Source of the DNA: a virus
Taxonomy: Duplodnaviria > Heunggongvirae > Uroviricota > Caudoviricetes
Virus record (IMG/VR): IMGVR_UViG_2619619132_000004
Direction: 5' to 3' (one strand)
Length of the DNA: 19,407 nt
The position numbers were made by a program, and so were the translations under genes. How positions within the stretch are numbered: position 1 is the first letter of the stretch; every line of letters starts with the position of its first letter. Under the pieces are notes generated by a model. The model did not search any database. It was not told where the DNA came from and saw nothing but the letters and a program-made list of their open reading frames with translations. Positions 1 to 6,946 of this stretch are shown one piece after another.

Positions 1-199
1 CACCGTATACCTTGTGATTTTCATCGTATACGCGCTGTATCTCTTTCTTCAGCCAGTCATCGCGCTGCGCACGGGCACTGCGTTTATCCGGATGATGTCG
101 CTGTTGCTGACAGTGGTAATACGTTGACGGGGCAATATGTAGTTCACTGCATACCGGTCCGACCCCGTACAGCTTACGCAGCTTATCCAGCAGTGGCAT
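1..199 (-). CDS. IS3-family transposase OrfB, N-terminal fragment (continues beyond window)
   Basis: Minus-strand translation from ATG at 199: [66 protein letters not shown], typical IS3-family OrfB N-terminus. Start overlaps the orfA stop. Confidence 0.8.
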   Translation of the reverse strand, partial: MPLLDKLRKLYGVGPVCSELHIAPSTYYHCQQQRHHPDKRSARAQRDDWLKKEIQRVYDENHKVYG

Positions 200-525
200 C
201 ACTTTTTCCAGAGGCGGTCGAACTCCGCCTTCGCAAAATAAGCGGAAGCCTGGCGAAGGATATCGTTACTGCGGCGCAGTTCACGATTTTCACGTTCCAG
301 CTCTTTCAGACGCTGACGTTCAGCGGTGGTGAGCCCTCCATCACCGCCCCCGGTATCCCGCTCATGCTGGCGAACCCAGACACGCAGAGTCTCCGGCGTA
401 CAGCCAATCTTTGGAGCAATGGAACAAATTGTCGCCCATTGTGAGTCATATTCGCTCTGACTTTCCAGAACCATACGGACTGCCCGTTGACGGACTTCGG
501 GGGAAAAACGAGTATTTTTAGTCAT
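199..525 (-). CDS. IS3-family transposase OrfA (HTH plus leucine-zipper, 108 aa)
   Basis: ORF track protein [19 protein letters not shown]...[39 protein letters not shown], recognised as IS629/IS3-family OrfA. Confidence 0.85.
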   Translation of the reverse strand: MTKNTRFSPEVRQRAVRMVLESQSEYDSQWATICSIAPKIGCTPETLRVWVRQHERDTGGGDGGLTTAERQRLKELERENRELRRSNDILRQASAYFAKAEFDRLWKK

Positions 526-576
526 CCTGTTTACCTCTTTCTCAGGAAGTTTAGTCTCCAGGATTCCCGGGGCGGT

Positions 577-2013
577 TCAGTTTTCCCTGGCTTTATTGAG
601 TTCCTCCCTCAGTTCCTGGTATTTCGTTTCTACAGATGAGACATTTTCCAGTGATTGCGTGTCCTCATTATGTTTAACTGGAATTTCTTCCACTGATTCA
701 GGCGCTGCCTGTTCATTAGCCATTGTGTCCGATGTTTGTTGCTTTTCTTCATCGCCATGTTTTCCTTCTGCTGTTCCGCGCTGCGGCATCGGTGCTGATG
801 AGCGACCGCAGGCAATTTCCACGATTTCCGGATCCGGGTTAGCGTGATCGGTTTCGGTCAACACTTTGTTGAGATATTCAGTCACGCGTGCCGGGATGGC
901 CTCAATGCCGATTGGTGCTTCTTTCACGGAAGCCACCACAATGGCGCGGGAATAATCCAGCCCACCGGGCATGGCGATAAATTTGTCGCGAAAAACAGAA
1001 AAGGGCGGCTTATTCTCTGACACGATTTCTTCAACGCGTTTTGCGTGTGCTGGGTGCAGGTTATAAATATCCACATCCATTGAACGGGCCAGAACGCCGG
1101 TGGCTACATCTCGTGCGAGTGATGTCTTATCATGTTTGAATCCTTCACCACGATCGGTAATATTTCCGCCGCCAGCGTTAGCACCGGAAGGCGTACGGGT
1201 AATGCCTGAAACATAATTTCCGTTCTGCCATTCTTTTGTCAGCAGGCCCTGATCAAGGTAGTCAGTTTTCATCCAGGTGGAAATGAACTTGTCGAATTCA
1301 GCCGGGCTGATGCGATGATTTGCAGAGTGGGGGAATGCTTTCCCTACAGATTCAGCCAGGCGACTAAGGTGATAGTTCGTCAGTTTATCCAGTTCATGAT
1401 GCGCGGCGCGCACAGCAGTAAGCAGGCTCTGAAGGTAACTGTCCTCTGTGTCCATCTCCATACGGATCACGTTATTGCGTTGTTCTGGTGTGGCATGATG
1501 CCGGTATTTTCCATCTTCATCTTTGCTGAATAAGAAGAGGTGAAGGAAGCGATGAGTAAGGCTCAGAGTGGCGACGGGAATTTCACACTCAGAACAGTCA
1601 TCGTCGCTGTCCGGGGATTCGTTTTTCTCCACATCATCCGGAATAGTTCCGTCCGGGTCATCGTTGTCATCGCCAGCAGTTGTGGCATCTTCACCGTTGA
1701 TGTTGTCATTGAAGGGTATAGCCATCATGGTGATGCCATCTTCCCCGCCTTTTTCATAGCGGTTGCAGAATTCAGTATCAAACACGCCTTCCGGTGGAAG
1801 GTCATTCACGACGGGGAAATTTACGCGAACGGGTTTTTTGAAATCATCCTCGTCGTAGCCTGCATCGTCCATGGCTGCAATGCAGCGGGAAACTGCGACA
1901 GAAAGTTTTCTGGCATCAGCCCAGAAAAAACCGCCTTTGATGCCAAGGCGTTTTCTGACTTTATCGTTTTTTGCTTCGCAGTGTAGTGCAAAAGTCTGTT
2001 TATCAGCGCTCAT
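577..2013 (-). CDS. recE: Exodeoxyribonuclease VIII (RecE)-like protein, N-terminal about 478 aa only; 3' end replaced by IS terminus
   Basis: Long stretches match Rac RecE as I recall it (NFPVVNDLP; [16 protein letters not shown]; [16 protein letters not shown]; [11 protein letters not shown]; YQELRxEL). The stop codon is the terminal TGA of the IS at 577..579, so the nuclease domain expected downstream is absent. RBS GAGG upstream of ATG at 2013. Confidence 0.7.
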   Translation of the reverse strand: MSADKQTFALHCEAKNDKVRKRLGIKGGFFWADARKLSVAVSRCIAAMDDAGYDEDDFKKPVRVNFPVVNDLPPEGVFDTEFCNRYEKGGEDGITMMAIPFNDNINGEDATTAGDDNDDPDGTIPDDVEKNESPDSDDDCSECEIPVATLSLTHRFLHLFLFSKDEDGKYRHHATPEQRNNVIRMEMDTEDSYLQSLLTAVRAAHHELDKLTNYHLSRLAESVGKAFPHSANHRISPAEFDKFISTWMKTDYLDQGLLTKEWQNGNYVSGITRTPSGANAGGGNITDRGEGFKHDKTSLARDVATGVLARSMDVDIYNLHPAHAKRVEEIVSENKPPFSVFRDKFIAMPGGLDYSRAIVVASVKEAPIGIEAIPARVTEYLNKVLTETDHANPDPEIVEIACGRSSAPMPQRGTAEGKHGDEEKQQTSDTMANEQAAPESVEEIPVKHNEDTQSLENVSSVETKYQELREELNKAREN

Positions 2014-2120
2014 TGTATTTAAACCTCTGGCTGGATTAGAATTAGAGGCCCTTTGTCTGATTTCTCCGAATACGGTGACGCAGGGAGAAATCCGGTAGCC
2101 TGCGCTGCCGGATTTTTATT

Positions 2121-2507
2121 TCAGTGGAAGGTTGCCTGGTTTGCTGTTTTGTGAGTTGTTTTTCCCTTTTCGTGCTGGCATTCAGAGCAGTCGCACTCAG
2201 AATTTTCTCTTGCAAATTCAAGAGCCTGCGCCAGTGTATGGATTTGTTGTGCTCCAATGTTGCTTCTGACGACTTCACATGCAGCATGAATATATGGGCT
2301 TGGTGTTTTGCCATTTAACCCACATGAAACCAAACGACTGTCTTTATATTCGTTATTTCCAACTTCTGTAAGCACTGAAAAAGAAAATACAAAGTCGATT
2401 TTGTATTCTTTGCATATTTTACTGATGCGTTCTGCAATTTCTTTGAGTTCATTTATTGCATCAGGACTGGTTTCGGAAAATATTTCATTTTGCGCAAGTT
2501 CTTTCAT
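2121..2507 (-). CDS. Hypothetical protein with Cys-rich C-terminus (SECDCSECQHEKGK)
   Basis: 128 aa ORF in the leftward early operon, AT-rich codon usage, weak RBS. No family recognised with confidence. Confidence 0.45.
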   Translation of the reverse strand: MKELAQNEIFSETSPDAINELKEIAERISKICKEYKIDFVFSFSVLTEVGNNEYKDSRLVSCGLNGKTPSPYIHAACEVVRSNIGAQQIHTLAQALEFARENSECDCSECQHEKGKTTHKTANQATFH

Positions 2508-2580
2508 TTTGATTTTTCCGTGATTGATAATTAATGCGGTTTTTATTTCGGCAGATATGGAAGGTGTATTTTATTACTCG

Positions 2581-2802
2581 TCACAACGACTCTGCTTTTA
2601 CGGGTAAGCCATCGCGCCCGATGAAAACTTTAATCATGCAGTCGGTAATGCATGTTTTTGTTGTGAAGTTACGAATATAGAGTTTTCTCTTTTCAATATT
2701 GTTTGCTGAAGCGATATATGTCCGACCTTCATGAAGAACATAATCGCCAGGCGTCACGCACTGACGTGGTATTTCATCAGTTCCGAAGTGATGAGCAATC
2801 AT
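2581..2802 (-). CDS. kilR: KilR-like small protein (73 aa), putative cell-division inhibitor
   Basis: ORF starting [15 protein letters not shown] at ATG 2802 with GGAG RBS 8 nt upstream; 73 aa. Length and position (between recE and the immunity region) fit Rac KilR. Only weak similarity to DicB. Confidence 0.5.
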   Translation of the reverse strand: MIAHHFGTDEIPRQCVTPGDYVLHEGRTYIASANNIEKRKLYIRNFTTKTCITDCMIKVFIGRDGLPVKAESL

Positions 2803-2978
2803 AATTATCTCCATTTTCACAAATGAACTTTGTTGATGCGGTGCCTGGTGCCTCCAGGTGGCGTTAACCAGTTAACAATTAACGCCGGGTCAGGGGACGA
2901 TGACTTTCCGTGACATCCTGTCGGTTTAACTGTTCCGCGTGCGCTGAGCCGCATTCACCGCATCACAAAATTCACTTT

Positions 2979-3040
2979 AAAAAGGGCGGACATCAGCAAT
3001 CGGCAAACCGATATCCGCCAAGGGTTACACACAGCAATGT
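2979..3040 (-). ncRNA. Candidate DicF-like small RNA with intrinsic terminator
   Basis: Minus-strand sequence ...UUGGCGGAUAUCGGUUUGCCGAUUGCUGAUGUCCGCCCUUUUU resembles the DicF 3' half (UUGGCGGUAUCAG...CUGCCGCCCUUUUU) in sequence and architecture. Lies about 180 nt upstream of the KilR-like gene in a 430 bp ORF-free region. 5' end is approximate. Confidence 0.4.
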
Positions 3041-3259
3041 TGTTATTCACAACCGGAAGCGCACGGTCGAAGAAATCTAACGACAATCCTTCTATGGGAA
3101 AGAGTCTTCGCCTCGCGCTTTCGTGTAGTACCCTGGCTTTTCAGGGTAATGTCTGTTCAGTAAAGTGAGAGTGCCGGAACTCACCCGTGTCCGGCGCACG
3201 ATCTCCACCTCACCCGTGGAGAACTCCTCAACTACAAACCCCGTAAGGAGAGTGAATTT

Positions 3260-3469
3260 ATGACACAAGAAGAAAAAGTGATGTTTCTGATGCGGCTGGC
3301 TGTCGATACCTACAATACACAATTCAGGGAGAAAGATATACCTCAAAAGGCAGTTCCTGCCGCGGTAGATAAGGGCGGTGCTATTGCCGTATTTTACGAT
3401 GCATTTGAATCATTTTTTGATGAAAAACTCGACGCTGTTAGCGACTTCGGAACATCGAGTAATAAATAA
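3260..3469 (+). CDS. Hypothetical small protein (69 aa), opposite orientation to the surrounding early-left operon
   Basis: AAGGAG RBS 9 nt upstream of ATG 3260; followed by an intrinsic terminator at 3488..3522. Confidence 0.5.
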   Translation: MTQEEKVMFLMRLAVDTYNTQFREKDIPQKAVPAAVDKGGAIAVFYDAFESFFDEKLDAVSDFGTSSNK

Positions 3470-3797
3470 CGTTCATTACGGTTCTTAAACAACAATCAGT
3501 GGGCTTGATGTTGTTCTTTTCAAGCTCACTTGCCATCACTTCCATTATTCTTGCGCTTACACGAATTATTTGGTGGCTGTAAGCGACGCAACTATCGCTG
3601 ATATTGCTGTTTATTTCTATTACTTCATTTTCACTGGCGGCGCTAAATTTGGATATGCCGTTTCCATTGTCCTGTTTCAGTGCTGTTTCCGCTATCCGGA
3701 TGCGTTCCTGCGTTGCGGAATTTGGGCTAAGTCGATAAACCTGTCTGGCATCTTCCAGAAGCAGGGCGATAATGTGCTTCAGTTCTGTTTCATTCAT
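3438..3797 (-). CDS. Hypothetical protein (120 aa)
   Basis: ATG at 3797 (MNETELKHIIALL...) with GGAG RBS. In the leftward operon downstream of N. Its 3' end overlaps the convergent plus ORF and the hairpin. Confidence 0.45.
   Translation of the reverse strand: MNETELKHIIALLLEDARQVYRLSPNSATQERIRIAETALKQDNGNGISKFSAASENEVIEINSNISDSCVAYSHQIIRVSARIMEVMASELEKNNIKPTDCCLRTVMNVIYYSMFRSR
3488..3522 (+). terminator. Rho-independent terminator candidate (stem AACAACAATCA / TGATGTTGTT, then CTTTTC)
   Basis: Inverted repeat with 7 nt loop followed by a short T-run, immediately after the 3260..3469 ORF. Confidence 0.45.
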
Positions 3798-3828
3798 AGT
3801 TAACTCCGGTAGTTGCAATTTATTAATA

Positions 3829-4014
3829 TCAGGCGGTCAGCTTTTTAAGCTTCTGAACTGCTTTATTCATTTCATCCATACAGTCGATGAATTCGTCCAG
3901 TTTAAGCTGCATTTTTCCGGCGGCCTGAAGAATTTCAAGTTTTAAGGGCGCAAGTTTTTTGTTGTAATCGACGCAGGTTATTAACTCGCGGCCAGTAATA
4001 TTTTGGCTTGGCAC
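3829..4014 (-). CDS. Possible small ORF (61 aa; alternative 27 aa start at 3912)
   Basis: ORF track only; overlaps the 3' end of the 3935..4219 gene in another frame; weak RBS. Confidence 0.2.
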   Translation of the reverse strand: MPSQNITGRELITCVDYNKKLAPLKLEILQAAGKMQLKLDEFIDCMDEMNKAVQKLKKLTA

Positions 4015-4219
4015 GAGATCCGGGTCTTGAACCTACACAAACTATATAGCTCTCTTCTTTCCTCGGAAGGCCAGGTGCATCTAGCAGACGGCCTAGTTCG
4101 AATTTTTTTACGTTGACACCAGGAGGAATCACCTCGACGATAAACCCGATTTTTACCTTCGTTACACCGTTTGATGAGCTTGACCATTTAACTTCATCGT
4201 TCAATTTGAACTTCATCAT
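3935..4219 (-). CDS. Hypothetical protein (94 aa)
   Basis: ATG at 4219 (MMKFKLNDEVKW...) with GAGG RBS, 5 bp downstream of the N stop. Confidence 0.5.
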   Translation of the reverse strand: MMKFKLNDEVKWSSSSNGVTKVKIGFIVEVIPPGVNVKKFELGRLLDAPGLPRKEESYIVCVGSRPGSRAKPKYYWPRVNNLRRLQQKTCALKT

Positions 4220-4224
4220 TAACC

Positions 4225-4530
4225 TCAATCGTAATAAGCCGGAATTGATTTTCCGCGTTGTTTCTGGCGGCCTGAGCAAGTCACACCCATTTCACTGCGT
4301 GGTTTGCGGTAGTAAATACGGTTCTGTTTACTCTCGACTTCTTCTGCCTTCTTGCAGCGAAGGCTTCCGAGTGATACTGCTTTGTCTGCTCCGACGCAAC
4401 CAGAGATCTTTAGCGCAATCTTCCGTGTCAGTCTTTCACTACTGCGCCGCTCTGCAATAAGTTCTTCCCTGCGAGCTTTATAGCGGCTTTTTGCCGTACC
4501 TTTGGATTCTTTCCAGATTATGGTTACCAT
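4225..4530 (-). CDS. N: Antitermination protein N (lambda N-like, 101 aa)
   Basis: C-terminus YYRKPRSEMGVTCSGRQKQRGKSIPAYYD matches lambda N (YSKPGERGITCSGRQKIKGKSIPLI); Arg/Lys-rich N-terminus; AAGGAG RBS before ATG at 4530; nutL immediately upstream. Confidence 0.8.
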   Translation of the reverse strand: MVTIIWKESKGTAKSRYKARREELIAERRSSERLTRKIALKISGCVGADKAVSLGSLRCKKAEEVESKQNRIYYRKPRSEMGVTCSGRQKQRGKSIPAYYD

Positions 4531-4640
4531 GATGGTCTCCTTTAAGTGGCTTTGGTGTATGACGCGTCGAGGTGTTTTTCTTCTCGATCGCGGCCTTGCA
4601 ACTGAAATTCGCGTCATCCCCAAAACCACTTAGATTTTGG

Positions 4641-4680
4641 TCTCAACGGTTAGGTTGAGAGTCCATCAATGTTAAAGAGC
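4641..4680 (-). promoter_or_regulatory. nutL candidate: boxA GCTCTTTAACATTG plus boxB hairpin TCTCAAC-CTAACC-GTTGAGA
   Basis: Read on minus strand. The same boxA 14-mer occurs at nutR (6289..6302); boxA resembles the rrn boxA consensus GCTCTTTAACAA. Confidence 0.65.
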
Positions 4681-4685
4681 CGGCC

Positions 4686-4860
4686 AATCTGTTCCGTTTG
4701 GCTTCCAGCGTCCTGCTGTTGAATTGAAGATGACCTAAGTTATCTGGTTGCGCAATAACTATATTTATCATTTTATGAAAAACGTTATAAATGACTGATA
4801 ACAAAAATATTTTATTTTTTGTGGTATCCGCGTGATATTTTCAAGGGGGAAAGGCTGATT
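4686..4860. promoter_or_regulatory. Probable PL/OL region and divergent promoter for the 4864..5085 ORF
   Basis: AT-rich interval upstream of nutL and N with GTTAT/ATAAC half-site dyads (4738..4760, 4786..4804) similar to those in the cI-cro intergenic region. Exact -35/-10 not assigned. Confidence 0.35.
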
Positions 4861-4863
4861 GTT

Positions 4864-5085
4864 ATGGGTGATTGCATGTTAATCGAAGGGGAATTTGGTG
4901 TGTTGCACCAGCGGGTAGTCGAAATTCTAGGGGTGTCGTTGCTTGAGGTTATTGCTACTGGGGAAGCTATTTCAGCAGATGCTATTGCGGGAATGATCCG
5001 AGTGCTTCACCATGATGAATTGGATGATCTCGCTGTGAAGTTAGCTATAGATGTGTTACTTCAGGATATGCGACTGTGTAATTAA
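4864..5085 (+). CDS. Hypothetical small acidic protein (73 aa) between PL and cI, convergent with cI
   Basis: GGGGGAAAGG RBS before ATG 4864; ends 2 bp before a hairpin (5096..5113) usable on both strands. Confidence 0.45.
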   Translation: MGDCMLIEGEFGVLHQRVVEILGVSLLEVIATGEAISADAIAGMIRVLHHDELDDLAVKLAIDVLLQDMRLCN

Positions 5086-5086
5086 G

Positions 5087-5113
5087 TAAATAAAACCCGG
5101 CACTGGAGCCGGG
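5087..5113 (-). terminator. Rho-independent terminator downstream of cI (stem CCCGGC/GCCGGG, then UUUUAUUUA on minus strand)
   Basis: GC-rich 6 bp stem with 6 nt loop and a T-rich tract on the minus strand. Confidence 0.6.
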
Positions 5114-5237
5114 GGATTTAGAAATGGCATTTTATGAATTGGCTACTTGGCGAATGGTTTACCATCGGTGGTATTGAGCACAATAAAAGGCCGTTCTTCG
5201 TGAGTGTTCTTATAGCAAAAGTTCAGTTGGAGTCTGA

Positions 5238-5945
5238 TTACCAGCTATGTGATGACCAGAACACTCGCCCTATGATTCTTACGTTTTTGTAGAATTCTTC
5301 TCTGTTCATTACTTCATCAGGATACTCTTCGCGGTTTATCGATCTGATAATTACCGATGTTGGCGTGGCTATGAGCGTTTTTACCCTTAACAAATCAGCT
5401 TGGCAAATTGCATATGTTTTACCATCCCTGATGCTCGTATCTTGCGTGTTTACCCCCACCACATCACCATCATGGAGTGTTGGCTCCATGCTTTGCCCAA
5501 CAACCCTGACCAACTTTGCCGCTTTTTCTGGAACTCCCATTTTTTTCAGGTAATAGCGCCTAAAAACTAGAGAGAATTCTGCGGACTCCTCCAATGCACA
5601 ACTTCCTCCGCCAGCTGAAAGTGAAATATTTAGAAGGGGGAGCGCAACAAATTCGTCATTATCATTTTGATGATCATCCCAGGCGATAGCTTTTAAAGAT
5701 GATTCCCGAGCATTAGATGGCTCTTCTGCGCTCTGTGGTCTCATTGACCCTATACCAGAGCTTAGCCATTCAGGGCGAACTCTTAACGCGTTGGCTAATT
5801 CGACCATTTTACGTGATCCGGTTGTTTTACCAGATGACATCTTTTGTATGGCTGGTTGTGATACCCCCACCATGTCTGCAAGTTGTGCTTGTGACAACCC
5901 GGCTGAACTCATGGCGGCATTTAGTCTTTCTGCGAATGTTTTCAT
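5238..5945 (-). CDS. cI: CI-type prophage repressor (N-terminal HTH, C-terminal S24 LexA-like peptidase)
   Basis: HTH segment LSQAQLADMVGVSQPAIQKM; Ala-Gly cleavage site (SLSAGGG); GQSMEP serine motif and downstream Lys. Divergent from cro. Confidence 0.85.
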   Translation of the reverse strand: MKTFAERLNAAMSSAGLSQAQLADMVGVSQPAIQKMSSGKTTGSRKMVELANALRVRPEWLSSGIGSMRPQSAEEPSNARESSLKAIAWDDHQNDNDEFVALPLLNISLSAGGGSCALEESAEFSLVFRRYYLKKMGVPEKAAKLVRVVGQSMEPTLHDGDVVGVNTQDTSIRDGKTYAICQADLLRVKTLIATPTSVIIRSINREEYPDEVMNREEFYKNVRIIGRVFWSSHSW

Positions 5946-6055
5946 ACCTGTAATCTATAACCACGGTTATCAAAAGTAAAACAACAATTGTTATTGCTCT
6001 GGTGTATAACTCATGTTATTTTTGGTTATGCTTTATTTGCTGTAGAGGTATGCTC
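5946..6055. promoter_or_regulatory. OR operator / PR-PRM promoter region between cI and cro
   Basis: 110 bp divergent intergenic region with dyads ATAACCACGGTTAT (5957..5970) and AACAATTGTT (5983..5992) and a further GTTAT...GGTTAT element (6014..6028). Confidence 0.6.
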
Positions 6056-6280
6056 ATGAATTTAGTGATTCAGCGAGCCTTGAATATTGTTGGCAGTCAA
6101 AAACGACTTGCAGCTGATTGCGGCGTATCACAGCCCGCTGTTCATAAATGGTTGCGAGGCGGAAAAGTTTCTCCTGAAAAAGTTTTCGCTATCGTTAATG
6201 CCACCAATGGTCAGGTTAAGGCTTACGAAATTCGCCCGGACTTACCGCACCTGTTTCCTCATCCGAACCAGGCTGAATAA
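6056..6280 (+). CDS. cro: Cro-like HTH regulator (74 aa)
   Basis: GAGG RBS 7 nt before ATG 6056; HTH motif QKRLAADCGVSQPAVHKWLRGG. Confidence 0.75.
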   Translation: MNLVIQRALNIVGSQKRLAADCGVSQPAVHKWLRGGKVSPEKVFAIVNATNGQVKAYEIRPDLPHLFPHPNQAE

Positions 6281-6287
6281 GTAACAC

Positions 6288-6328
6288 CGCTCTTTAACAT
6301 TGCTGGTCGTTCACCTCTAACAGGGTGA
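6288..6328 (+). promoter_or_regulatory. nutR candidate: boxA CGCTCTTTAACATTG plus boxB hairpin TCACCT-CTAACA-GGGTGA
   Basis: Located between cro and cII as in lambda; shares boxA and loop motif CTAAC with nutL. Confidence 0.6.
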
Positions 6329-6396
6329 GCAAACATCAGTGGCAAACCCATTGGGGATTGCCGCTTAACCCCATATCAATATAGGAAAATTAACAA

Positions 6397-6693
6397 ATGT
6401 CACAAACAAGTTACAGCAAACTGTCACAGCGCGATATCGATCGCGCTGAAACGGATTTACTTATCAACCTGTCAGCTCTGACGCAAAGGGGACTGGCGAA
6501 GATGATTGGCTGCCATGAATCGAAGGTCAGTCGTACCGACTGGCGATACATCGCGGCGATTTTATGCGCGTTCCAGATGGCATCTGATATCAGTCCGATC
6601 AGCCGGGCTTTCCAGCATGCCATTAACGTTCATGCAAATAAAAAACGTCCGGTTGGGGCCGGACGTTCTGAGCAAATCCTGATGAACATCTGA
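6397..6693 (+). CDS. cII: CII-like transcriptional activator (98 aa)
   Basis: C-terminus NKKRPVGAGRSEQILMNI resembles lambda CII (NKKRPAATERSEQIQMEF); HTH in the centre; position after cro/nutR. Confidence 0.75.
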   Translation: MSQTSYSKLSQRDIDRAETDLLINLSALTQRGLAKMIGCHESKVSRTDWRYIAAILCAFQMASDISPISRAFQHAINVHANKKRPVGAGRSEQILMNI

Positions 6694-6756
6694 TATTCAG
6701 GCAGGGCATGGAGCAATACACGGGAATAATTCTGCCACATCTGGAAGAATTTCGCC

Positions 6757-6913
6757 AGCAACAACACCAACCGCAGCAGCCTGAAGCCGATTGGGTTAAC
6801 CCGGAGATACCGGGACCGTCTGTGAAGATGTGCAGTCACACCAATGTGCAGTCACACCAACCGCAGCAGCCTGAAGCCGATTGGGTTAACCCGGGAGATA
6901 CCGGGACCGTCTG
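6757..6913 (+). repeat. Two tandem degenerate copies (6765..6822 and 6855..6913) of a roughly 60 bp segment also found inside the O-like gene (7603..7688)
   Basis: CACCAACCGCAGCAGCCTGAAGCCGATTGGGTTAACCCGG(G)AGATACCGGGACCGTCTG twice, plus a 16 bp tandem ATGTGCAGTCACACCA x2 between them. Confidence 0.8.
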
Positions 6914-6946
6914 CGGTATGGAGTAAATCTTGTATGCGAGGGGACT

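Larger units (their letters stand above)
1..579 (-). mobile_element. IS3-family insertion sequence (IS629-like), partial copy running off the window start; terminus at 579
   Basis: Minus strand carries orfA (199..525) and the start of orfB (from 199) with the IS3-type ATGA stop/start overlap. Terminal sequence read on minus strand from 579 is TGAACCGCCCCGGGAATCCTGGAGA, matching the terminus at 19069 (TGAACCGCCCCGGGTTTCCTGGAGA). Confidence 0.85.

Noticed and set aside
124-444. 106 aa plus-strand ORF inside the IS
   Set aside because: Antisense to the IS3-family orfA/orfB reading frames; no RBS; typical spurious ORF within a GC-rich transposase gene.
596-1986. Several plus- and minus-strand ORFs (596..847, 630..815, 1315..1533, 1540..1986, 1568..1759, 1871..2098) overlapping the recE-like gene
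   Set aside because: All lie inside or antisense to the 478 aa RecE-like reading frame, which has recognisable conserved segments; none has a credible RBS or protein-like composition.
2581-2802. Calling the 73 aa gene dicB
   Set aside because: Only loose similarity to DicB (a KRK motif and K-x-C-I pattern); length and context fit a KilR-type protein better, so it is reported as KilR-like with modest confidence.
3092-3346. 84 aa minus-strand ORF
   Set aside because: Overlaps the RBS and start of the better-supported plus-strand gene 3260..3469 and runs through a region rich in hairpins; no RBS.
3570-3803. 77 aa plus-strand ORF
   Set aside because: Antisense to the 120 aa minus-strand gene; highly hydrophobic low-complexity translation without start signals.
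5946-6055. Exact PR and PRM -35/-10 assignments
   Set aside because: Several overlapping AT-rich hexamers fit equally poorly to consensus spacing; only the operator-like dyads are reported.
6708-6926. 72 aa ORF between cII and the replication initiator
   Set aside because: Its reading frame is generated by the tandem repeat copies of an internal initiator-gene segment; reported as a repeat region, though real coding cannot be excluded.
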